From positions 1,674,001 through 1,738,000 of the forward strand of contig LSRY02000002.1 of assembly GCA_001643675.2 (NCBI GenBank): 64,000 nt of DNA. Reading direction: 5' to 3'. Below, one piece after another: positions 41,401 through 51,063 of the stretch (position 1 is the first letter of the stretch; each line of letters opens with the position of its first letter). The translations under genes were made by a program, and so were the position numbers. The notes under the pieces are model-generated. The model worked only from the letters and a program-made list of their open reading frames with translations, had not been told where the DNA came from and searched no databases. The stretch comes from Monocercomonoides exilis PA203 (Eukaryota; Protista; Preaxostyla).

Positions 41401-42181
41401 CCACAGCTCTGAGTGGAGTCGGCATCAGCGCAACAGATACCAGAGAGGAGGGAAGGACGACACACAACAGGACAGCAGCACCCGCAGCACCAGCCAGTAT
41501 ACCTCATCTGGAAGGAATGGAAAAGGGAGAGGAGGAGCGAGAGAGAGTACAGAAGACGATGGCACAGGAACAACAGTTGTTACCTCCACGACTGGCTTCA
41601 CTTCTCGTGGTTCGACTCATTCTCGCACAATTACTTCGTCCAACAGTATCCGCACAGACACACATTCGATGTCTCCCTCACGGCCGTTCGATTCCACAGA
41701 CAGCGACAGCTCACCCAGCGACGACACCACACTCCTCACAGGCGACCGCACCACACACGGAAGAGGCAATAATATGAATACTGGAGGAAGAGACAGGTTT
41801 GACAGGGGCAATCGATTCAGAGGTGATGATGGCTTTGGAGGTGGGGGTGGAGGAGGTGGCGGTGGCCAGGAAGGAAGGCAGAGGCAGCGCTTCCTGATGC
41901 CACTTTGTCTGTTCCCGTCGTCGCACAGGCCGGTGTTCACAGTCTACCACAGGTTTTGGGAGGATCCGAAGAGCTATGCGAAGCGGATGGTGGATGCGCT
42001 GAAGGCTGAGCGCGGAGAGATTGAAGGGCGTCGCATAGAAAGAGAAAGGATTCTGAAGATGGAGCAGGACAGAGAGAGAGAAGAGGAAGACAAGAAGCTG
42101 ATTGAGCGGATCAGAGAAGAAGAAAGAGAGAAAGAACGCCAAAGGAACATGCGCCAAAAGAAATACAAGAAACAGGCGTAG
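35433..42181 (+). CDS. CCR4/PDE12-like exonuclease-endonuclease-phosphatase (EEP) family protein with large insertions
   Basis: Spliced N-terminus reads PIQGVEV...WTRVSQGCYYIPTRGDIGAKLRVEV. EEP motifs TVMSWHV, PDIVCLQEV, CCNCIFYK, PIIVCGDFS, SDYVF, FPSSHRPV. Confidence 0.75.
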
Positions 42182-42622
42182 ATTAATGTGTATATATTTT
42201 TTATCTGTGAATTATTGTTTGAATGTTTTTTTTCTTTGTGTGTTATTTTAAATGTTCTTATTTTTTTGATGTTGTATGTGTTCCATGTTTGTTTATGTTC
42301 AAATGCTTGTTGCGTGTATTCACTTCACAAGCTGTTTTATACTCCATTTTTTTAACCATTTATCTTTAAAATAAAGGAGAGTACACTCAATTTATAATGA
42401 AGAATCTTATTATAAGACTTCCTTGCATGCACTCTTAAATATAATGATGGAAAGAAACACTCGGAAAGTATCAGGAAACATTGTACAAATGGTCATGCAA
42501 TATCATTATTAGTTTTCTCTCGTAAAAAATAAAAATAAAAGAAATTAAAAATTAAGCGGTTTCAAATAATAACAATAAAAATAAAAAAGTTAATTGGCTC
42601 ATTCATTGGAATCAACTGATTT

Positions 42623-44731
42623 TTAGTCATCCCAATCAGGCATATCGTCATTGTCCTCCTCTTCCTCTGCCATCGCAGCTTGGAGTCCCTTCAAGTTCAG
42701 CATTCCTTTCATCAGAGAAGCAGCCATCGGCGACGGGGCAGCCTGTGGCAGCTCCTCTGCTTTAGCAGACGATGAAGGCGGCTTCGAAATCGGTGGCGGG
42801 CGGAAATCTTTGTCATCATCTTTGCTGTCATCACCATCATTTGAACCTGAGTCTTCTTTGATCGACTTGAGAGAAGGAAGAGTCGGCTGGGAGGATGCAG
42901 GCTTCTTATCCTTTGGCACGGGTCTGAGAATAGGCGCTGGTCTGTCTTCGTCTTCATCGTCGTCGCTATCGTCTGAGCTCTTCTTCTTCTTCTTCTTTTT
43001 CTTCTTCGATCCATCGTCGTCTTCATCGTCGCTTCCTTCTTCGTCAGATCTCTCTTCATCCACTTTGTCGCTCGTATACTTTCTCATCATCGACAGTCTC
43101 TTTGCCAACTCGGCCATCATCCCTCCTCCTCCGCCTAATCCTTTTCCGCCAGCTGGCTTCTTTTTTCCTCCTTCCTTCTTCTTCTTCTCCATTGGATCGC
43201 CCACTTTTCTCAGCTTGAATCCCTTGTGGATCTCATCCAGGAGGTTTCCACGAGATGGCCCAGGTTCAGCCGGTGGTGGAGAAGCAGCTGCGTCATTCAT
43301 GGGGGGAGCTGCTGGTGGTGCTGCTGGCACACTCGACGGTGGAGCAGCATCGAGTGGCGGCGGCGCAGGAATCGAAGGCAGCGGGGGCGGAAGCGGAATC
43401 GACGAGCTTTGGTCTGTGGGAAGCGGGGGCGGCAAGGGAATATTGGAGGATGTGGGAAGAGGAGGCGGGAGAGGAATTGAAGAGGACGAGGGAGAAGGCG
43501 CAGGCAGGGGTGCAGAAGTCGAAGGAGGAGCTGGAGTCCCTGCAAAAGGAAGGCTTGATGTCTGTATTGGAACTACTGGAGGCGGCAGCATGGCCTCAAC
43601 AGTTGGTAATTTGTGTGTGTCCTGATACGCTGAAGGTGCAATAGAAGGCAGCTCTGCAGAAAGGAATTGATCTGTGGCAACTTTGTCAAGTCCAGGAAGG
43701 ACACTTGGAGCATCAAAGACAACGCTAGGTGCTTTGGGTTGGAAAAGGTAGGTTTGTTCTCCGTAAATGTTGATTCCTTCGCGGTCGCGGATTGTACTAG
43801 GAGCAGCAAATAAGGCATCTGCCTGACTTTTTCCAGCTTGCCCCTTGTCCTTTCCGCCTCTGGAATCAAGCATTTCCAGATTATCCAAAGAGAAGAACGT
43901 TTTGTAAGGGTTTTCGCGAGAATTGAATAGAAGAAGATTGCAGACGGAATTCATTCGATAAGGAAGTCTTCCAAGGCCTTCATTTTGAAAAGATGTTTTA
44001 TCCACAGACGGAATCTTAGGGAGTCTTTTGCCTTCAAATGGGAAGAAATACTTTGAAGAATCGTTTTGGCTTGGCTTATATGCCGTTGGTCCAGTATACC
44101 CAGGAGGGTATTTGTACAAAGGTCGATCGATTCTAGTAATTGGCATATTTACAACTGGATAATGTGTGTTCGGTTTATCTGAGGGAGCCGGATATTTCGC
44201 GCTACTAAAAACTGTGATAGCATGCGGAGTATTTGCCATCGCTTTTATTTTTTGCTCTGCTGCTTGTGTACGCGATTGAATTGAATCAAGCCTTCCTTTT
44301 TCATATTGAACGCGATCCTTAATCATTTTGAATGACGCGCCAATGCTCATTCGTAAATACATTATTGCATCGGCCATTTGATTCAAACATTCGAACTGAT
44401 TTGTACTTTGAACAAGAGGTATTTCAAAGCATTGAAATGGAGTTGCAGAATTTGGTAGAACGTGTGTTGGGGGCATTTTCCCTGATGGATCATTTTGAAA
44501 CAGAGTCGAAGGATCTAAAGTTGGTGCAGGCGTGTATGCAGCTGATGACTGCACTTGTTGCGAAGATGTTGATGCAGGAAGAGGAGGTGCTGGTGGTACT
44601 CCAGTTACAGTTCCAGCTGGCAGAGGAGGTGGTGGTGGAACTCCAACAATCGTACCAGCTGGAAGTGGCGGAGGCGGTGGAACACCAATGATTGTTCCTG
44701 GGGGCAATGGTGGTGGTGGTGGTATTGACAT
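42623..44731 (-). CDS. WASHC1: WASH complex subunit 1 (Arp2/3 nucleation-promoting factor)
   Basis: WAHD motifs (VFSSAKYP, EGLGRLP...SVCNLLLFNSRENPYK, LFAAPSTI, LPGL), poly-Pro, WH2 (RGNLLDEIHKGFKLRKV), central helix (MMAELAKRLSMMRK) and acidic end with Trp (DDMPDWDD). ATG at 44731. Confidence 0.92.
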   Translation of the reverse strand: MSIPPPPPLPPGTIIGVPPPPPLPAGTIVGVPPPPPLPAGTVTGVPPAPPLPASTSSQQVQSSAAYTPAPTLDPSTLFQNDPSGKMPPTHVLPNSATPFQCFEIPLVQSTNQFECLNQMADAIMYLRMSIGASFKMIKDRVQYEKGRLDSIQSRTQAAEQKIKAMANTPHAITVFSSAKYPAPSDKPNTHYPVVNMPITRIDRPLYKYPPGYTGPTAYKPSQNDSSKYFFPFEGKRLPKIPSVDKTSFQNEGLGRLPYRMNSVCNLLLFNSRENPYKTFFSLDNLEMLDSRGGKDKGQAGKSQADALFAAPSTIRDREGINIYGEQTYLFQPKAPSVVFDAPSVLPGLDKVATDQFLSAELPSIAPSAYQDTHKLPTVEAMLPPPVVPIQTSSLPFAGTPAPPSTSAPLPAPSPSSSSIPLPPPLPTSSNIPLPPPLPTDQSSSIPLPPPLPSIPAPPPLDAAPPSSVPAAPPAAPPMNDAAASPPPAEPGPSRGNLLDEIHKGFKLRKVGDPMEKKKKEGGKKKPAGGKGLGGGGGMMAELAKRLSMMRKYTSDKVDEERSDEEGSDDEDDDGSKKKKKKKKKSSDDSDDDEDEDRPAPILRPVPKDKKPASSQPTLPSLKSIKEDSGSNDGDDSKDDDKDFRPPPISKPPSSSAKAEELPQAAPSPMAASLMKGMLNLKGLQAAMAEEEEDNDDMPDWDD

Positions 44732-44825
44732 TTCTAACTTCAATAGATTTTAAGGATAAATTATGGTTGTGAATGAGACTAATAGGGGATTTTTGATCAG
44801 TATTTGCTTTTTTTTTTAAAGAACG
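44732..44825. promoter_or_regulatory. Putative bidirectional promoter between WASH and calcineurin B
   Basis: Only 94 bp separate the divergent ATGs (44731 on -, 44826 on +). Confidence 0.55.
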
Positions 44826-45796
44826 ATGGGGAATGAACTTTCTCTTTCAAATGAAGAAATGGGAAAACTTGTTTCGGAAACAAGATGTTTGAGATTTTTG
44901 ATATTTTGAGAATTCGTTGGATATATTGATTTTTTTTTAAAAAGTTTCTCAAGAAGAAATCAGAAGGCTTGCTTTTTAGACAAATATTAGTTTTTTTGAA
45001 AATGGTTTATTTTTAATATAAACAATTGGTTATGCGTTTCGTTTTCAGAATGTACAAACGATTTAAGCGACTTGACCACGATAAAAATGGAGTTATTTCA
45101 ATGGATGAATTTAAAATGCTTCCGGCCCTTGCTGCAAACCCACTTCTTACAAGACTTGTAGCTATTTTTGATACAAATCACGGTATTCTTGTTGAAAATA
45201 TTGGTCACTTAAAGCTTTTTATCTTTTTTTATTTTATTTCGAATTTTTTTTGCTTCAGATCAAGAAGTTGATTTTGATGAATTTATATCAGGAATTTCGA
45301 TTTTCTCTTCTGATGCACCTTCTGAAAAAAAGTTACGTTGTATGCTGCTATGTTTTTTTAAAAAATAATTGTTATTTCGTAATCATTTAAAGTTCTGTTC
45401 GATGTTTATGACGTTGATGGAGATGGATACATTTCTAATGGAGAATTATTCCATGTGTGCAGAACATGATTTAAAATTTAAAAAAACTTCAAAAAAATTT
45501 TTTATTCTTTCTGATTATGTTCAAAGGTTTTAAAGACGATGACGGGGACAAATATTGGTGATGAAGCTCTCCAGCAACTTGTTGATCGTACAATATTGGA
45601 TACAGATACCTCTGGTACCGGAAAAGTTTCTTTTGCAGATTTTTGCTTGGTGTGAAATTTGTTATTTGAAATGTTTGTTTAACGTAGATTCATAACAATT
45701 CTGTTTTTTTTAATAAATATTATGAAGTGCTTAACAAGTAGGAAGATGCTGTTTGAAAATTTAGTTAAACGGTTGAATGTAACAGATGCAATATAG
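44826..45796 (+). CDS. CNB1: Calcineurin B regulatory subunit (EF-hand, N-myristoylated), 7 exons
   Basis: Spliced product MGNELS...FSQEEIRRMYKRFKRLDHDKNGVISMDEF...NPLLTRLVAIFDTNH...VDFDEFISGISIFS...FDVYDVDGDGYISNGELFHVLKTM...LQQLVDRTI...GKVSFADF; stop TAG at 45794-45796. Confidence 0.92.
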
Positions 45797-46021
45797 TTTT
45801 TGTGAAAAAAAATTCATTTCTATCATTCACAGATCATATTTCATGCATTCATTTATCTTTTCAGTTGTTTTCACTTCTTCATTCACTTGTATCATTAACC
45901 TTGTAATTTTAAACCTTCGGGTGTTTTTTTTACTTGTGATCATATATATTTTTTATAATTTATCCGATTAGAATTCTGAAATTATGAAGAATGTTTTTGA
46001 TCTTTCTATTTGTTTGTTAAA

Positions 46022-47497
46022 ATGAATCGTTCCAGTGAAAGCGAGCCCAATTATGTTAATGAAGATCCCCAGTCGTACGTAGAATGCAGAAAAATTGATA
46101 ATTATTCAGGTTCATACAAAATATTAACTTATTTCGTTAATATTAAATAATATTGATTTTTCAAAGAAAATCGCATTGAACAAAATTCAAGTGAAAAAGA
46201 AATTAATCCCAACAAAGATATCGCACGAATTAGGGAATATAAAAAAACTGAAGGTAACAATTTTGAATGTTTTGATGAATCGAAAACCTTTACTAATTCA
46301 TCTTTAGAACGTTCGCAGTCAAAAGTATCACCTGCAAAGTCAAGAAATAGTACTTTAGACATCGTGAAATGTTGTGCTGCTTTTGCTGTAAATTTGAGTC
46401 ATGCCTGCATGAAACAGCGTTATGAGTATAGACATTATCGATCAAATAAAATGTTGTCTCATTGGTTGTGGGCGAATTTCTGGTGCTCATTTGGACGAAT
46501 TGGTACACACTTATTTATGATGGTTACTGGATTGATTATGCTTTCACCAAAAAGGTTAAATGAACCAGAAACAAGTACTCTTAAATATGTTTTCCGCAGG
46601 TTATATCAATATGTCTTTTGGAGCATTCCCTATCATAGAAAGCGAATCCAAAAAATAATACAAATGAAAGACAAATCCTTTGCTTTAAGGAATATCATAG
46701 AAGCGTTGTTTATAGCACCCGGTACTTTGTGGTATTTACAGATCGTTATGCGAATTCTTCTTTTTGTTCCATTTGTACGACAAGCAATTCGTGCAACAAC
46801 AAGAAAAGCATTGGAATATATTATGCTTGTTATATGGATATCTCATCATTTTGTAAACACATTTTTGACTCTTATGAAATTTTCACCAGTTGTGGATACC
46901 TTTTTTTCCGTTTCGTTATCATTTTTATTAGGCCACTATTTTTGGACTCTTATGGAATACCAAAAAAATCCAAACAATCCTCATCCAAAATGGGTTGAAG
47001 AGGACGGGTATTTTCCATTCCTTAAACGTATCAACTGGCAAAGTTCGAAAACGGGTGCAATTTGTCTGGCTATTTACATAATTACTTGCATACTTAATTT
47101 TGGATTAGTGGTCCTTTCTGGACATTACTACAAAAACATATACTATAACAATATTTATCAGTTTTATGGATTTTTAATTCCAATTGCATATGTTTCATTT
47201 TTCTGTTTCATTTATTCGTTAAGTCGCAATTGGAGGCCAACAACCATAATTGGAAGAGTAACTGAGAGATTTTTAACTTCGGTTGGTTCGAGCACATTCG
47301 GGATATATTTATTGAATGAATACTTCATTTTTGTTTATGTTGCTGAATATCTATTTCCGAAGAAAATCAAGATTTCATTTTATGACATGCATCCTCGTTG
47401 GTTTTGTCCTCTTTTAGCTGTCCTTGGATTCCTTGTTAGCTGGATTGAAACATGTGTGTTGAAGAAGATTCCTATTGTGAAAAAGCTTGTTACGTAA
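46022..47497 (+). CDS. Acyltransferase family 3 (OafA-like) multi-pass membrane protein
   Basis: ATG at 46022 and one short intron (~46110-46166). Motifs RNSTLDIVKCCAAFAVNLSH, LFMMVTG, LWYL, STFGIYLLN; many hydrophobic helices. Confidence 0.8.
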
Positions 47498-47678
47498 TAA
47501 CCAAAGCGTGCATTCTTTCTTTTATAAACACTTTCAATGAGAACTATCATTCGCCTTTATAATCTTAATTTTTAACTTATCAATATTCCTTTTAAAACTG
47601 TCAAGTCAGTATGCTGTTTCTTATTTTGCAACTTTCGTGGAATGACTTTTTTTTTTCAAATCTTTTTTTAAAAAGTTT

Positions 47679-47709
<31 letters not shown>

Positions 47710-48490
47710 GTAAAATTTGTTTTTCATTAATTTGAAACGAATTATTTTTTCACCAAAATATTTTTGTTCTCTCAATGATGTTTGTAATATTAGCGCTAGA
47801 GTGTTGGCTTTACGTATATTATTTGTATCACATCATCATAATAGTTTGAAAAATCATCAACCGATCTTTTCTGAATTAAGGATTATAATTTTCATACACA
47901 TGATTCATTTCTCTGTATGTGTGTGTATGTAAATGTGAGCCATTTATTATTTTTTTCTAAACCTTGTCACTATGATATTTATTTGTTTGTTCAGTATTCA
48001 AGCACTCCACTTATATTTTTTGTTATTTTATTTGCACTTTTTTATTCAATATACAGATTGATAGATTATTGTATTTATCAAAGAGAATATTTACAATAAC
48101 TTTTTATCTGTTTATTTTTTTTAAACAAAAAAAAAAAAAAAAAAAAGCAATATGTGTGATTATTTTTGAAATCATATTTTTTCATACAAAAATTTCGGTG
48201 CAAAATATTTCTTGAATATCAATGAAAAAAAATTGAAAAGTGAAAAGGCTTATTTGATGTATTTTTATCTTTGATTTTGGAAAAACAATTGAAATTCAAA
48301 ACAATTATCATGCTTTTTTTCTTTTGAAATGACAATTTTTTTCGAAAAACTTTCAATCTTTGAAAAATCAACACACCAAAAAAAGATATGATTACAAAAA
48401 TATTCACACATATTTTTATTTATTGAACCGTTATGGTACATGGAAAAGAAGTGTGAGAAGACTATTTTCTCCAATGATACAACAAGAAAT

Positions 48491-48778
48491 TGGTAAGTGG
48501 GTAGATAACGACCGGAAAAACTTTTCGATTTGCATTTTTTTTAATATTCAGACTATTTCTAATGAATGAAATTATGATATTTCGAAAGTGGTTTTCGAAT
48601 TACAGTGATTCAAAACTGAGAAAAACTATCTTTGAAAACCATCATGAATTTTTATTTTGCAAACATCCCCATATTAAATAAAAAAAAAACCCTAATCAGT
48701 TGAATTTTCTTAAAAAGTTTTCGTCAAACATAACTGTAATAAACGCATTGACAAGGGATTAACCATCTTTTTCTAAAT
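48491..48778 (+). repeat. Dispersed non-coding repeat, copy 2 (homologous to ~7798-8075)
   Basis: The 19-mer ttttcgaattacagtgatt is at 48592-48610 and 7898-7916, with collinear flanking matches. Confidence 0.75.
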
Positions 48779-49008
48779 GAAAGCCAAAGAATAAATTCTT
48801 TCTTATTTATCTTTGGGTTTTGATCATAAGCTTTTATTAACTTCTGCCTTTTTAATACTGAAAATTTTTAGTTTTTTATCGAATATTTCTCTTTTTGAGA
48901 ATTTTAACATCTGAAAATAGGTTTTTCAAGGTCAATAGTTCTTCTTATAGACAATTTTTATCCCTGTCGCTATGAACCCTCTTGCCAAGAAATTTTAAGA
49001 GCCATCTG

Positions 49009-50008
49009 GGGTGATTTATAAACTCGAACATTTTCATAAACCCGGTAATTTTTTTTGTTCGTTGAAACAAAATAAATACAACATAAAAATACAAACAGCA
49101 AACTTTTATTTGTTTATTTCACTATTTAATGATAGTACGAGAATTTTTATGTTTCAATTTTTGTTTTTGATTAAGATCAAAGAAATTTTTAATTTATTTT
49201 TGATCATTTGTTTTGCTCATTTTTAACCAACTCTCTTTTTCTGTCAATTTTTATGTATAATGTCATAAAACATACATAACGAAGTTTTATTATTCGAAAT
49301 GTTTTATCTTTTTATCAAATTTTTCTGTTGTTTTTTTCATTTCATCATTTTTGACAAAAAGTGTGAAAATATGAAAATCATGAGCTGTACAACATTTTTT
49401 TCTTATTAAAAATGATGTGCATGAATAGAAAAAGATTTGAATAAAATATTTACCGTGTTTTAATTTTGTGAAATGTTGTTTCTTATACAACACAAATCAA
49501 TTTTTGAAAATTATAAAAATGCTTATTTTGTTTACAAATTAATTAAAAATGACTTATAATGAGGAATACAAATTCATTTTTATCTAATTTACATGACATC
49601 GTAGTGACTAATTCTTTAAATCAAATATTAGTTCAGAAAAAATTATATTTTCACACTTTTTGTCAAAAATGATGAAATGAAAAAAACAACAGAAAAATTT
49701 GATAAAAAGATAAAACATTTCGAATAATAAAACTTCGTTATGTATGTTTTATGACATTATACATAAAAATTGACAGAAAAAGAGAGTTGGTTAAAAATGA
49801 GCAAAACAAATGATCAAAAATAAATTAAAAATTTCTTTGATCTTAATCAAAAACAAAAATTGAAACATAAAAATTCTCGTACTATCATTAAATAGTGAAA
49901 TAAACAAATAAAAGTTTGCTGTTTGTATTTTTATGTTGTATTTATTTTGTTTCAACGAACAAAAAAAATTACCGGGTTTATGAAAATGTTCGAGTATATA
50001 AATCACCC
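49009..50008. repeat. 1,000-bp foldback: 364-bp inverted arms (49009-49372 / 49645-50008) around a 272-bp spacer; MITE/foldback-like
   Basis: The arms are reverse complements with one visible mismatch (ttataaactcg vs ttatatactcg). Mirror ORFs 49011-49226(+) and 49791-50033(-) are nearly identical. Ends GGGTGAT...ATCACCC. Confidence 0.93.
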
Positions 50009-51063
50009 TATTTGTTGTTTTATGTTTATTCAATTATTAATGAGCGTTTTTTTATCATTAATTGACTTTGACAATTCTCTCTCCAAAATATTTAAATGGG
50101 ATTCTATTTAAAACATTACCATATTTTTCCATTTTTGAATCATCAGAAAAAGCAGTCATCATTAATTTTACTGTTTCTCAATTCCCCTGATTTCTTGCTT
50201 TCACCACCTTTCCTGAAGACATGAACGAAATAAAAAAAAAAACAAATTGTTCCATAATTTCAAAATGTTCACACAACAAAGAATGAAAGGTGCAGAATGG
50301 CACGCTCTTGCTGTTGTTATTCTCACCCAGAAAGGAACAGTTTATTTTGTGTAATTATCCATCGTAAAATCAACTTCATCAAAGAAAAACTTCAGAATTT
50401 GATGAACAAAATGAAAAAATATGTTCAATTTGCATGTTTTTATTCTATTTCATAGAAACATGTTGCGAAAGCAACACAACGCAATCGTAAACGGAAATAA
50501 TAATAATACTAATTTGCAAAACATTACTCAAAAAATTGAAATTCAATTCACAGAATATTTATGCAATCAAATCAATTCAATGGAAGAACAAAATTCAAAA
50601 CTCAAAAATAAATGCTTCAAAATGAACACTTAAAAATGTTGGAGGTACAAACAACAAAAACACAAATACATAACATCAACCATGTTGAAACAATAAACTC
50701 AGGAAGTCATCGCCAGCCCAGGAATATGAGGTGCCGATGACCCCAACCACATATGAAATGAACACTCGACTCAATCAAAAATCAAGAGAATGCAATTCAA
50801 TAACAACTCGGAATAATATGAAAAAGACACAAACAACGAAGCAAAATTTAAAAGAGAGAAAGGGGATAAATACATAGAAATATACACAAACGAATGCCAA
50901 AAAAATGAATGTCTAGAAAAGCACACAAGAAACAGCAAAAGGAAATATTTTGAAGTCTTTTGCTGCCAGGAAAGTCATTCACCAAAACTCGACTGCAGCA
51001 TCTGCACAGTTGCTCATTCTGCATCATCCAGATCGATGATCCTTCAAACATCTCCTCTCTTGT

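Noticed and set aside
42651-43625. 324-aa Gly-rich ORF and other antisense/alternate-frame ORFs within the long genes
   Set aside because: Shadows of Pro/Ser/Glu-rich coding sequence; no independent motifs.
49011-50033. Twin 71/80-aa ORFs in the foldback arms
   Set aside because: AT-rich, F/I/K-biased chance ORFs duplicated by the inverted repeat.
50706-50742. Small hairpin gtcatcg...cgatgac downstream of the receptor gene
   Set aside because: Only a 7-bp stem, with no SECIS, tRNA or snoRNA hallmarks.
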